Positions 50,228 through 63,168 of a stretch of DNA of 64,000 bases are shown piece after piece. The DNA lies in contig NMRA01000545.1 of assembly GCA_002633005.1 (NCBI GenBank), positions 217,690-281,689 on the forward strand. The letters run 5' to 3'. A program made the translations under genes and the position numbers. Below the pieces are notes generated by a model that searched no databases, had not been told where the DNA came from, and was given only the letters and a program-made list of their open reading frames with translations. The stretch comes from Phoronis australis (Eukaryota; Animalia; Phoronida). Positions within the stretch are counted from its first letter, which is position 1, and each line of letters starts with the position of its first letter.

Positions 50228-51319
50228 AGGAGACAAACTAACTGCTCGGATGCAAGGACCCCTTTGCGGATGCTAGCTGATTTGTCTGGCTACATTAGGA
50301 TTTTCTCTTGTGAAGCTACTAACATTTTCGCCTCTCACGTAAACGGAACATTAGATGAGCGGAGGGTGATTTCCACCAATTCTGAATGGGCAATAGTATT
50401 TGAAATTCAAACAGTAATTTAATACTGTGATATTTTGTATTAAACTATTGGTTTAAAATTATAATAATTTCCTCCGAAATATCACATTTAAAGCAAATCA
50501 GACCACAAAAAACTTTCTTAAATGGAAACTTTGACTTACTGATCAAATCACGAAAAACAGAATTTAATGATAAAATCTAATGTCAAAACAAAAAGTTTGA
50601 GGTAACAAAAGAGTGAGTACTGATCTGTTAGATGTCTGTAGAAGCACAATACATTTTACTGAGGAGTTTGAAAGGTTTCCTTAAAATTGACGTGACTAAT
50701 TAAATCATTCTCTTTCAATAACTGACATTTTAAGATAAAATAATTAGTTCACAATGCATTCTATTGACTCATTCCCATCAAAAAGGAATACACACCTCCA
50801 GCACGTTTATTACAAATCACCAACACTGCTCTACATGATATCATTTATACATTATACACATCAGATACATACAGAAAAGTGCTTGTTGTGCAATCCTTTC
50901 TAGAAGCCTATCGAAATTTTACAGTAAAACTCTAAGTCAGACATGCATAAATCTTATTTCCATTTAACTTGGACAAAGTTCCACAGTATGGTTGTTCAAG
51001 TTTGTGCACATGGCGCTTTACATAATACAGATTTCCTCTTACTTGGATCCGACTTGTCCAAGTTTAACTGTACTTGCAAAACTTCATTCAGACCATCATC
51101 AGATGATGCCAATTTTTAACCGGCATGCGTGTTATTTCAAGAAATTATTGGAGTCAATAACCACATTTAACTGTTATAACCCTTGGCTTGTGAAAAGTAG
51201 GTCTAGCTTTCCAAGTAATCTGGGTTTTAAATTTGCATTTCACAAGACAAGTCCGAGGCTGCCAGCCTTCCTTTGTATATTAAGGCTGACTGCCCTACAC
51301 ACGTCCACACAAGACCTTG

Positions 51320-52564
51320 TTATGTGGATGAAGTCGACCTTCCATTAACTTTAAGGTGAGCAGCTCCCACAGCACTTGACACACTGGTATAGCCATTTTT
51401 CTCCAATAACTCTGATAACTCTCGCTTGATCTTATTGGCCAATGGTGGCCCTTCATATACAATGCTCGAGTACAGTTCAACCAACGAAGCTCCAGCCTCT
51501 ATTTTATCCAGGGCATCCTGGCCGCAAGCCACACCCCCGACACCGATGATGGGCAGCCGACCTTGTGTCAACCTGTACATGTCCTTGACACATTCAGTGG
51601 ACATATGCTTGAGTGGTTGACCACTGAGCCCACCCATCTCCGACTGGTAGTGACTCCTTAAGCTCTCTGGCCGTGATACAGTTGTGTTGGACACAATCAA
51701 GCCATCAACTCCACTCCCTGGTCTAGCCACAACAGCAGCTATGTCTATTTTATCTTGTTGAGTAAGATCCGGAGCTACCTTGACAAGAATAGGTGGCTTT
51801 TTAGCAACACTGAGATTGTCACGCTCCTGCACGACCTTTTCTACTAACTCCTGTAGTTGTTGTCTACCCTGTAGGTCACGTAGACCTGGTGTGTTCGGAC
51901 TTGACACATTGATGACAAGGTAATCGGCAACATCACCAAACTTGCGTACACCACGTACATAGTCGTCAACGGAACTGGGAGATGTCTTGTTCTTCCCAAG
52001 GTTTACACCCAGAACCCCAGAACCTAAAGAGGAGCCATCTCCTGCTGATGTCGGTTCCTTCTGTCGCGCCTTTAATCGCGCATACACAACATCATGTCCA
52101 TGACTATTGAAGCCAAACCTGTTTATAACAGCATTATCTTCAAATAATCTGAACAGCCTTGGCTTGGGGTTCCCTTGCTGTGGCTCTGGTGTGATGCTGC
52201 CAACTTCTACAAACCCAAATCCCATTTGCAGTAGTCCATCAACTGCCTCCCCGTGTTTGTCAAACCCAGCGGCCATACCAACAGGGTTCTTGAATTTCAT
52301 CCCCAAAACTTCGGTTTGAAGAGATGGATGGTCTGTATTCTTTATGCGCGGTATAAGCCCGTATTTACAAACTTTAACAGCCAAATTATGGGCCGTCTCT
52401 GGTGAGAAGATTCGCAGGGACGGCATTACGTAATCCTTATAGAAAGACTCGTTTCCAGTCCACGCAGCATGTGCAGCAAACATGAGCGTGCCCGAGGAAA
52501 TTACTATGAATCCTTGCTTCCACTTCTCCCAATTGGACATGGAAGGCTTCACAACTCTGCTCAT
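51320..52564 (-). CDS. DHODH: Dihydroorotate dehydrogenase (quinone), mitochondrial class 2, 414 aa, intronless CDS
   Basis: Motifs [71 protein letters not shown] and IIGVGGV; N-terminal membrane anchor and quinone-tunnel helices of the animal type. Confidence 0.98.
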   Translation of the reverse strand: MSRVVKPSMSNWEKWKQGFIVISSGTLMFAAHAAWTGNESFYKDYVMPSLRIFSPETAHNLAVKVCKYGLIPRIKNTDHPSLQTEVLGMKFKNPVGMAAGFDKHGEAVDGLLQMGFGFVEVGSITPEPQQGNPKPRLFRLFEDNAVINRFGFNSHGHDVVYARLKARQKEPTSAGDGSSLGSGVLGVNLGKNKTSPSSVDDYVRGVRKFGDVADYLVINVSSPNTPGLRDLQGRQQLQELVEKVVQERDNLSVAKKPPILVKVAPDLTQQDKIDIAAVVARPGSGVDGLIVSNTTVSRPESLRSHYQSEMGGLSGQPLKHMSTECVKDMYRLTQGRLPIIGVGGVACGQDALDKIEAGASLVELYSSIVYEGPPLANKIKRELSELLEKNGYTSVSSAVGAAHLKVNGRSTSST

Positions 52565-52768
52565 TCTTATTTAGTTAGAACTGTCCTCTGAACTCACAGT
52601 CATTCACGCTTCACTCTTAGACTTACATAAACACGGGTTACTGTTCTTGAATAACCTGTGTTATTTTAGGCGTGATTTCCGTTTCCGTTCGCACTTGCGT
52701 AAATGGCGTCAAAATAAATTTCGCCATCTTTCTGGCTTCTCAAAAACGAGTTGTGATTTTCCTCCAAA
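52565..52768. promoter_or_regulatory. Compact bidirectional promoter between DHODH and the F-BAR gene
   Basis: 204 bp between the two ATGs; YY1-type AAATGGCG (52701, plus), CGCCATCTT (52722, minus AAGATGGCG) and tandem ETS-like TTCCG TTTCCG (52677-52687). Confidence 0.65.
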
Positions 52769-52795
52769 ATGGAGTCATTTGCAGACAACTTTTGG
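52769..52795 (+). CDS. First coding exon (MESFADNFW) of a probable FCHO-type F-BAR protein; remaining exons apparently beyond the window
   Basis: AAAATGG Kozak context, F..NFW start typical of FCH domains, phase-0 GTAAGT donor right after Trp as recalled for FCHO1/2; no GEKN.GFDVLY exon found before 64000. Confidence 0.55.
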
Positions 52796-53098
52796 GTAAG
52801 TTTGGTTGCATGCGTCTGAGGACTTAAAGTGAAGATTGAAATCTGTCGCCTAGTTGGGAATTAGGTTGTTGCATTCAAAAGTTTTGGTCGTTTTTATGCC
52901 TGGCATTTGACCACTGACACTGATTCACTCGCGCCTGCGTTTGCGGCCGACAAAACGTCACCCAAACGTGCTAGACTAGAGTCACACCGCTGACGGACGT
53001 GAACCAGGAGGGCATGGAGTAGGGTGTACGCAGTTACTTGAGTGATCCAGGATTCAGGAATAGTAAAATAAGGGTTATTTGCCTATTGGAGTATTGGT

Positions 53099-53216
53099 GG
53101 CACTGGTCAGATGCGGTCCCTGATTTAGAGAACCAGGCAGTCACTAAATAACGGGCCCGTTACTTAGTGGAGGAAACTGGTTCTCTAAATCAGGACCCCT
53201 ATATCCGACCAGTGCC
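53099..53216. mobile_element. 118-bp palindromic mini-MITE with 8-bp TSD (Merlin-like GG...CC ends)
   Basis: GGCACTGGTC...GACCAGTGCC flanked by GTATTGGT on both sides (53091-53098, 53217-53224). Confidence 0.85.
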
Positions 53217-53937
53217 GTATTGGTCATGATGGTAGTTTTATCAGTCCAGCAAAAGCCTGACCGTATTCACTCATTCCAAATCCCCCCGGCCTTATCGTTA
53301 ACCAATACTCAACTCAAACAGAGCTGAAGGGCTGTTGAAATTTTTTCACAAATCTGTGAAATGGTCATAAACCAGAAGAATGGAGGTGATAATAGCCTTA
53401 GGCTAGTTTTCCCCGTTTCTAAAGCTGACAATAAACATTTTATCTATCATCATATATCTTTATCTAAAATACCTGCTGAGTGTGCTGGTACTTACCAAAT
53501 TCAATTCTCTTAGGGCATTTATATTTGGGGAACTGTAAACAGTTTCAGGTGTCGACGCTAAGAAAATCGACATTTTGTGGCCTAGCCAAAATCCCAGGTG
53601 GCATTTTCAAAATCTAGCTCACATTCATCTGTGCCAGGTCGCAAAATTTTCCCACCATTTATACGCGCCAAAATTTATTTTTTTTGGATGATCAAGAAAA
53701 TGTTTAGATTATGATTTTACCTATGTTTAAATACTCACAAAATCCAGGTCGCAAAATTGAGGTCTTACCGGTACATGCAAGTATGTAAAACAATAAAGTA
53801 GTAAAACAATGATTAAGTACATGTAACAAAGAAACAATGGCGAAAGATGAAAATTTGACTAAGAGAGATGAAATTAAATAAATGGATGATAGTAAATAGT
53901 GAGAGTATTTACAGTAATGAAAAATAACATAATTAAG

Positions 53938-54168
53938 ACAGAAAATGTGTAAGAATGGGTAAGTAAATTACAGCCACTTCTAAGGGTTGGTTTATCGACT
54001 ACACTTATTGTTAGTCAGAAAATGTGTAAGAATGGGTAAGTAAATTACAGCCACTTCTAAGGGTTGGTTTATCGACTACACTTATTGTTAGTCAGAAAAT
54101 GTGTAAGAATGGGTAAGTAAATTACAGCCACTTCTAAGGGTTGGTTTATTGACTACACTTATTATTAG
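53938..54168. repeat. 77-bp tandem repeat x3
   Basis: CAGAAAATGTGTAAGAATGGGTAAG...CACTTATTGTTAGT repeated three times. Confidence 0.95.
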
Positions 54169-57100
54169 ACAGACACGCTTCATCCAGTGCTCAGTGTAGC
54201 CAGAAACTTTTAAAAATTTGCATCATGCCATGGCTAAGTGATCAAAGTCGGATCGCTATTTATTACCTTCCGAGCATATAGAGTCATCTTTGGAAGTTGT
54301 CAATGTGTTGAAGAATCAGGTGTCACCATGGAACAGGCATACCTCCAGGGTGAAGGTCACAGCAAAACCCCAGCATCCTGGAATTTGCCCTCAACTAGAC
54401 TTATCGTTTCATGGAACTCGAAGAAATACTCTGAAGACTGCATTTTTATCTGATAGTTCCCATCAATCGCTTAAGTATTGGACAACCTGGATTGGTCATC
54501 CCCGACATTCTACATTGAAAATAGGTGTCAAAATTTTGTCATGTTTTAAGGTGTTCACCATCCTTTCCAGATTTAGTTGCTTTTTTTCTGTCACAGGTCT
54601 GTTCTGGCAAAATGGTAATTAAAAGCCCATTTCAGATAAGCCATGTTTTCACCCGAAAAGTTGCCCGACACATCGGCTAAAAAGTTGTGTGACTTTTCTC
54701 TGAACATTGCATTTGTACGAGCATCAGATCAGCCGACACCGGACTTGAAAAACAGCAAATTACAACTGATTTCACTCCAAAGTCAAAGCAAGCTGCACAG
54801 GGCACCACATTGTCATTTGTAGAGTTAAGTTAGTCAGGATAACTGGACAGCAATATTGGTTGTCATTGATTTGCAATGGCTTCTCAATAACAAGGTTCTT
54901 CGATCTCTGTTTGAACTGAATATAAAGCGGTAACAGCCAGAAATGTACTTCCAAGACAAAATTGTGGATAATGCTTATAGCAATGGAGTTGGTAAGGTTT
55001 GTATTTTGTTCACTACCAGTACAAGTGCCAGTGCTAATCGATTCCAATCCAATGTCCAAAAAATACAACTGAAAGATTTGTCTGTTCACAAATTTACTAT
55101 TCAGCTAGTTCTTTTATCTGAGATTTCTGTTGTATTTCGACTTAGCGTTCAATAGGTACAGTGGTAAAGAGGCCTTCGTTTGTCCAAAATTTGCTCTAGT
55201 GGATTGATTGTCTGTGAACGCGCTCATTCTTCTGTTTTCTGCAGTATTGGCTGAAAAGTTGCATAAAGTCAAGTACGCTCGACTTCTCCATAACTTGTTG
55301 GCTAACACTTGCAACCCCCTGTACAACATGTTGCGGAATCATTCATGTGTGCAATTTTGATGTTGACAATGTCACTTGTCTAAAGCAGAATTATCATAAC
55401 CCAACTTTGAGCCTATTGCTTTGTCAGTGAATACGCTCCAGGCATGATATCAGTTTATTGGCAGCAGCTTCGGGTATAATTTTTTTTGTCTAAGTGTTGG
55501 GAGAATTAATTCTGGGTAAATGTTGTTATCAAGATATAACCAGGAAATAATTTTTTGGAGGGTTCCGTCCATGATACTGTTCCGTCACTCATACAGAATT
55601 GTGTGACTATCTGTTAAAGGTGTTCGCATTTGCAGCCTCTTATCATTGTACAGTTGATGCCTGTTATTCAGTGGAAAAAACTGGTTCTCAAAATGCAGGC
55701 ATGTTATATCAGACTATTACCATAATTAATTTATAAATTATACTGTATTGGAATATTTGGCTTTTTGTGTTGACTGCATTGCATATATGTAACCTTGTAA
55801 AATGTTCAGACTTATCGGAAAAAATCCTGTAAGGACAGTTTCTTTCATTTGATAATGAAGTATAATGTAACTACCGTAACATTTATTTAATTCTTGTGAA
55901 ACCCACATGTAAAAATTTCTAGATAATGTCATTGTTTAGTATCATTTCATTTGGGCAAACTCTTATCAGATGCATGTTGTTTTAACTCAACAAGTTCTGA
56001 GTCATGAGCTTGATGAGAATTCTATGTTCTTTGTAGTATTCTGTTTTTTGTGGAGTTCTCATTTAATATCTTTTTGTTCGTATTGACTGAAAAATCAAGG
56101 TAAAAAGCAGTGGTCTTCACAATTAAAAATCCAAGTGTGCCGTACGAACTCAACTAAATTTATCGGAAGTGTGCGAACAGCAACAAATGTACTGGACGTG
56201 CGCGAACACCAGCAAACATATCAGAAGGCGCTGCCTGATATTCTCTGCAGTGTAGATGTAGTTACTGTTTCACCGTTTTAAGAGCACATCTACTTGTCTT
56301 TTGGTCTCATGTTGTTTGAACAATAAGGTTAATCCCCAGTTATTGTTTAGCCTAATTTAAGGCTGTAGAATTGTTCACAATGGTGATGTCTTTTTCCAAA
56401 CTGGTCGCTCTTTTTCAGACATATTGCTGATGCTAGCAAACAAGTAGCAACAACAGTTTATGTATATGATGTGTTGTACAACACTGCTCACACCACAAGT
56501 AAAACTTTATCAATTCATAAAATGTAACAATATCAGTTGTCTTTTGCGTTAGCCGTAATTATTGCGTTGTTTTGACTTGCTCATTAGGAGCTGGTACATT
56601 CATACCTATTCTCAGTTTAAGTGAGCCTGCATGTTTCAATGACAACTAACTGACAATACCAAACCATGTTAATATCACTGATGGTACACCAATGCTATAG
56701 ATCTATGTTCACTAGAACAAATAAATGATTCATTGTGTATGCAGGGATCAAGCCCGAGACACTCTTGTGGGTTATGAATCCAATAAAACATGGATGACTG
56801 TCTCTGTAGCGCTAAGCACCTTTTCAGCTATCATAACTAGTTGGAGAATTATTGGAAAATCAAGGTGACTGTGGCATATACTAAGTTTTGGGGAGAGTAC
56901 GGGATGCCTTGACTCTTGTCTTTTCCACTGTTGCCGTAAAGCTGTCCCTAGTCATACAGTTGTCCTATCACAAATTGTCCCGGGATAAAGATGTTCTGGT
57001 GCTACTGACCATGTGGACACTGTAGTAAAGCTGCATTTCAGTCGTTCTGTTTAGCTTGCTAAAAATGAAAAGCGAATTAGGCCTACTGTCATGAATTTGG

Positions 57101-58752
57101 TTTCTTTAAAACATTTCTTTCTACCATGTTATGGTGATATAAACGGGAGTGAACACTGATTGTATTTAGAAAAAAATTATACAGTAAAATCCCACCAATT
57201 TCAGACAAAAATAATTGCCGAAATTGTCCTTTTCTCATTTTCAAAGTCTTAATTACTGTAATTGCCCTGAATTTTTCAAATTTCTTTGTGATTGTAGGTG
57301 TCAATACATGGTAAAGCATTAATTAGTTGCAATATATTTTATATGAAAAAATGAGACCAAAAATTCAGTTGTCTGCCATTTTGTATCCTAACTTGGTGAG
57401 ATAGTATGGTGTTGAAAGTTCTAACAGAGGATTATGCAGTCATTTAGAAAGAAAGTGAAGTAGATTGTGAGAATGTTGACTTTACTTAGAGAATAGAAGT
57501 TTTGTGACTATGCTTGTGCAATTATCTGTGCACGTTGGCTACAAAGGATCATTGTTTTCAAGGTCAATTTGGTCATGGTCTAGTTCATTCAACACTTAGA
57601 AACTGAATATGAAGGTAATAAAAATGTGAATTTATGTGGGTTTGAAATTGGATGATTTAAAAAAAGCAATTAAATTTGAACTGAGAACCTGTACAAAGTA
57701 AAAAAACAGCAGCTTTTGGACCTATTTTTTGAGCTTTGTTTCTTGTTTTGGCATGAAATTTCAAATTTCAATCTGGAATTTTTGTGGTCAAAATTGTTGA
57801 CCTGGAAATTTTCCCTGTGTTGGAGGTTGATGTAATGGTAGATATTTGTGGGGTAATTTGCACTGAGAGTATTGGTCGTGGTTAGTGTTACGATCCCTGG
57901 CGGTGAGAATACCTCCAGTTTACTCTTTTCCGTAATACTGTCAACGAACAAACATGGGCTTAACGGGCAAGCAGCACTCTGGCATAATGTCGTGTTGCTT
58001 TAGATGAAGATTTTTGGAATGGCTTTTCTGAGAAGATTTTAATTGGCAAGATTCAGCATTCTTTGTCAATTATTCCTAAAGAAGAGTCACTCTTACCTAT
58101 TCTTTGACTGTATTTGGTCTTTAAATGTGAAGGTCAAATCTTAAAAGCTTGGATTTTAGCCAGTGGATCAGTGTTTCATGCCAGGCTGGTGTTGTATGGT
58201 GGCCTGCCGTGGATAGTTTGTCTATGGTGGTGGTAGTAACCCTTAGTTGACCTAGCAGCAGATGGGGTGGTGGGCGGGTGGGTTCGGCTATGATATAAAT
58301 AAAATGTATATATATCTGACACTTTGTATGGAATGACTTGAAAAATTGATGGTGTTGTTTCACAATTTGTGGTGTAATTTGCATGTAATGATCTCACTCA
58401 GTAATTTACTTTCGTTGAAGTGTCAGGTTTTTCGTGATCGCAATTTCATCCGGGGTTTATCTATGTGTTTTGCCAAATATCTTTAAAGTAAAATTAATAA
58501 TTAATTATTGAGGTTCAACTTGGGGTCCTCTTTCACACAATTGTAGGTGGCACTGAAGCTTGTTCAAACTCCTGACTCAATACTAGTAAAATTGGTTTCC
58601 TTGACAACAGCAAAATGAAAAAAAAACTTTGAGACCAAACCATTTGTGCGGGTACTCAGCAATGTTCCCTGGGCAGGACATTCTGTGAGCCAATGTCTTC
58701 TATGTGGGGATGCCTCATGTGCAAGTCTTCCTCCAACCCTATCGTCTAATAA

Positions 58753-59256
58753 GGGCCTTTCATACTAACGTCGACGCGTCGATGGTTTGGGGAGTTGCGG
58801 TCAGTATGAACGCTTAACTCCGGTCCTGGATCGCAGTTAACAGCTCCAGTTAACATCGCAGTTAACAGGTGGATTTAAGACTGCAGCGTTGACACTGAGG
58901 TGCAGTATGAATGCTTAACTTTGGTCCAATCGAAGTTATCGCCAGGTGCCACTGTTATCGTCAACAGTTACAGAGTAGTGCCGTCACTAATAACTACTTA
59001 TTTTTGCTCTAATGATAACCAATTGATTTAAAAATGAATTTAATGTCATTTAGCACATTTAAATGTTCCCAAATTGTCACATTGAAAAAAATCTTAGCGT
59101 GCAGCGCTACCTTGCGATAACTTCGATGACGTCAGCGTCACCAACTCTTTACTTCGATGGTCATTAACTGCCAAAGCCAGTATGAACGGTCCAGTTAACT
59201 GCGCTGTTTACGTCAATGCTCTGCTCAGACCGGAGTTAAGTCAATATGAAAGGGCC
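58753..59256. mobile_element. Harbinger-like MITE with internal CAGTATGAA(C/T)G repeats
   Basis: GGGCCTTTCATA ... TATGAAAGGGCC termini, TAA/TAT flanks, internal inverted segments (TTAACTCCGGTC / GACCGGAGTTAA). Confidence 0.65.
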
Positions 59257-60707
59257 TATAGACTATCTTTCCTTGACAAGTCTTCTCAATCCAGTTTGTT
59301 GTTCTCAGTTGGCATGTTTGTGTGGCTATCTTGTTTTGAAAAGGCATTGATTACTAAAGCTGTCTTCCACTGGACCAGACTTAGTTGAACTCCATCTTTA
59401 TTGATTGCCAGCTTGCTCTGTTCCTTTGACAGAGATATGTCCTGTTTGCAGCCTAACTGTTCTTGTAGCTGCTTCTGTGTTCTCATCTGTCATATTTGCC
59501 AAGTTCATACAAAGAAGCTTGTACTTTATTGAAGAACAGGCTCCAAATACAGCTGTGGTTTTGATGAGTTTTGTTATGTCTCTTGGTCATATGTTTTACT
59601 GTTGCACTGCAAACCACCTTCAAAGATACAAAGAGCTTGAGAGAATGTCATTGAATCTTATTAATTGTGAACATTTTGTGTGTTCATCAAATTTTGTTTA
59701 TTCAATGAAAATGATTAAGCTTAGCTTCTTGAACCAAGCACTATATTGCAGATGTACTTTGTATTTTGAACAGTTTACAGGACCTGGCCATGATGCAATT
59801 TTGTCAGTTAAATACCTTAGATATGATATTTGCTTAAGCTGATAGACCAAAAATTTCAGGTTTTGACAGATAACGAAAACCAATGCTTGAGTGTTTTTAA
59901 GGTTATAGATTCAAGTCATCTAGTCTGGAACCAAAGATGTGTCAAGTAGCTGATCGTCTGTTCGGGGAAATTGGTACTCAGTGGATGGAGGCTAGCTGTT
60001 CACTCGTATTTATGATAAGCTGCTTGAAATGTTCCTAAAATTAAATGATTTCTATATATCGTACATCTACATCTACTGGCGTTGCAGCTTCTAGATGACC
60101 GCTATCCCATAGTTCTTCATATATATGATGTCTTGTGCTATCTATAAATGTCAGTGTCGTGATCATGATCTGTCATTTGAATACAGTAATTCTCCATTTA
60201 CTTAGCACACTTGCCTGATTTCGCACTCCCAAAGTTATAAAAATAATGTTTTGTCCTTCACTTACTTGACAGGAGGCTGCTTGGTAGAAATTTCTTCCTG
60301 CACACAGTCAATTTAGCACTTTGGAAAATATGAAAGCAAAGATGTCTCATTAATTATAGTACTGTAATACACACCTTTTCAAAGTAAAGTCTGAACATTA
60401 TATTTTCACCCCTTAAGGGTATCTCAAACCTTATTTAGTGGCCTCCATTCTTATTCGAATATCAAAAAACCAGGCTTTCTCAACTAATAAAAGTATTATT
60501 TTCTCAATGAAAAAGATCAGAGATTATAAAAATATGTCTTAAATTTATGTGCCGTTATTGTTATTACGCTTACATTGTTTTTAAACTGGAATTTGTAGGC
60601 TAATTTCTCATCTATGTGATTGCTTGTCCAAATTGGTTAGACATACAAGATATAGCGACGATGTGAATACAAAGTTGGTTGAAAATTGGCATATGTTTTT
60701 AACCCTT

Positions 60708-61201
60708 CAAGGCTTGGAATTTTCCACGGAAACGTGGATTTCCGCTTTTTTCAAATGTTCTGTCCGCGTATTTTATTATATTTCCGCGTAAAAAAATCGG
60801 ATTTGATATAAAATTTCCGCAGCAAATTCCTTTCTTACCGCGGCGTTGCCGACGACTTTCACCTCGAAAAGCAGAAGTTGCTCTTTATGTTTCGGAGGAA
60901 CGTAAATTGTCAACATAGCCGGGGCATCTGGGATAGCGTGGTGGGATTTTCAATGGCGACTCGTGTGATTGTAAACTGCGGTGACAAATACTACGGCTCT
61001 GCAGCCAAAAATGTTTGGGGTGGGAGTGGACGGACGAGCTAAAAAGACCCAGACGCATGCTCCTGACGGTAAGGTTTTTTTTTAGTCCTCCCGATTTTTG
61101 CCGGCGAAAGGTTCACATCGACTATTTCAAGGCTGGGTAGCGCGCATGCTTTGGGCCGTAAGAGTTTCCGCATTTTTTGTCATTGGTCATTCCAAGCCCT
61201 G
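60708..61201. mobile_element. hAT-like MITE inserted into the terminus of a piggyBac relic
   Basis: CAAGGCTTGGAAT / ATTCCAAGCCCTG termini with ACCCTT duplicated on both sides. Confidence 0.7.
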
Positions 61202-62000
61202 ACCCTTTCAACACCGCAGACCGCTTTTAAAAGCGGTGTCTGAAACTTACCTCCATTCAACACCGTGGACCGCTTTATCGGTCTCACGATATGCCGAACT
61301 TCCAAGCAAGAGCATGTTTGATTGGTTGATTAGGGGAATTCTTTTGTGTACGTCACAAATTTAAATATACTAGACTTGCCTTCATTTCTAACAGCTTTTC
61401 TGATTAGTTGCTGAGATGTAACATGAGTTATTGAAGGGGTTTCCAAGAATTTAGATCGATGACTCGCAAAAACAAAATGTCGGCCGACGGAGATTCAGAT
61501 GTAGATTTTTCAAATGACGAAATTGGCAATAATTTGTATGCTTTTTACTTAATTAATATACAAGATAACCCAAAAAGGAATTCTTATGTATCTGGCCAGA
61601 TTTTGTTGACTACTACGACCAAGAAGTTGAATTTCATGGCTTTGAACCGGAGGAAAACTTTACAGGTCGCGAATTTCGCAATTGGGTCAAACAAACGCCG
61701 TTGAACTCCGACAACTTTGCAAATTTTCTGAACATTTAGAGTCTTCTAGAGTGTACGATGGTTCTGAAAAGCAAGTTCAGTACTTTAAAAATTTCTATAT
61801 TGATGAAATATTTGGTGAAATTGTCAGGGTAATTACTTGGAACGCCCAAACGAAGCGTGAGTCACAACCGGAAGTGGACAAATTTGAATCATTGAACTTA
61901 ACGATCGCCTAATTTAAGTCACTTTATGACCTTCAAATGTAAATAGAAGATGTGAAATATGATCAAAAAAGTATCTTAAGAAATGTTACTGAAGACTATT
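61202..62000 (+). pseudogene. Degenerate piggyBac-like element: 5' end and transposase N-terminus
   Basis: Removing the hAT insert restores TTAA-CCCTTTCAACACC with a repeated CAACACCG..GACCGCTTT; frameshifted translation gives an acidic N-terminus (DQEVEFHGFEPEE) and QYFKNFYIDEIFGEIVRVITWNAQTK, resembling piggyBac P..YF..FF.DE....IV..TN.YA. Confidence 0.6.
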
Positions 62001-62436
62001 GACGACACTATTACTCATAAATCAACTGAGTGAGATTTTCTACTTTTGGTGAAATTGTAGATAAAGTTCATTCTGTTCTCTACATTTTGGTGTGTCACAC
62101 TTTGAAATTCAGTGATAAATGGATTGTCTATGGAATTTTGAAAACAAGCACCTCAGTTCAGCCCATGTGTGCTAAGTTACTTGGGGTTCAGGGACACAAT
62201 GGCCGACAGTTACTTGGAGTTGAAAGAGTTAAGAACTAGTTTTGTGGCGGGAATAATCTGCCGCAAATCACTGAACCGTGTCCAGTAAGTATCATCAAGT
62301 GTTCCGGGGGTATACCGTAACAAGTTGCACGATGAGTACGCAGGGTACGTCATTAGTGCAAAGGTTACCTATGTACAGATTTTTTTGTTTTCAGTTTTGT
62401 AAGTTGTCAGGGAATGCCACTGCACTTTGTTTTTAT

Positions 62437-62550
62437 AATAATAATAATAATAGCAATAATAATAATAATAATAATAATAAACTTTATTTAAAGAGGATGA
62501 AAATACTATAAATGTAAAACATGCTTTAGCCAAAGGCTAATATCCAGGTT
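62437..62550 (-). mobile_element. LINE/SINE 3' end with (ATT)n tail
   Basis: (AAT)n followed by AAACTTTATTTAAAGAGGAT, as at 41800-41885. Confidence 0.55.
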
Positions 62551-63168
62551 ATGTTGAAATAGCATTGTCATTTATTTCCTGCTATACATTAACACAGTGG
62601 CATGCAAATACAACTTTGAGTCAAATTTTCAATTTTAAGAAAGGTGTTGTATAGCAAAATAAGATGAGATAAGGTTTCTTGCTTGACATGTAAAATATTA
62701 TAAAAACAACCAATTTTGAAGTATCGTTAATTGGTGTACTCATATGGTATATCTCATGTAGTCATGCTGTTGTAAGCATGAGGTGAAAGGTTTGGATGAG
62801 TGTCCTGTCGCCAAGTCATATGCTTAAAAGAGTTTCACCAGTGAGTGGGTAAGGCACTGGAACAGTGAATATATTTAATTTATTTTGTGCAAATTTAAGT
62901 ACAGAATTACATATTGTTAATCACTGATTGCTTTGATAGAATGTGATGCTGTACATGTTATCTTCATTACATTATGCATGTCTCTTATGTAATAGTTCAT
63001 TACAAAGTCTGCATTGATCATTGTGATGCCTTGGAGATTATCAGTGTGGAGAAGTGGAAAGTTAATTTGTCAAATTTCACAATGAAAGTAATCACAGTTT
63101 AACTCACCTCATTCATACATGCATAAGTGGGATTTGAGGTTTAAGTCCTTATTGCAAAGGGCAATCTA

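Noticed and set aside
51320-52564. DHODH as bacterial horizontal transfer or contamination
   Set aside because: The sequence is colinear with animal mitochondrial DHODH including the N-terminal anchor, and is embedded next to a spliced gene with eukaryotic promoter motifs.
52581-52626. Tiny 5' UTR intron in DHODH (GTAAGT...CAG on minus)
   Set aside because: Only 39-46 nt and lacks a polypyrimidine tract; cannot be supported without transcripts.
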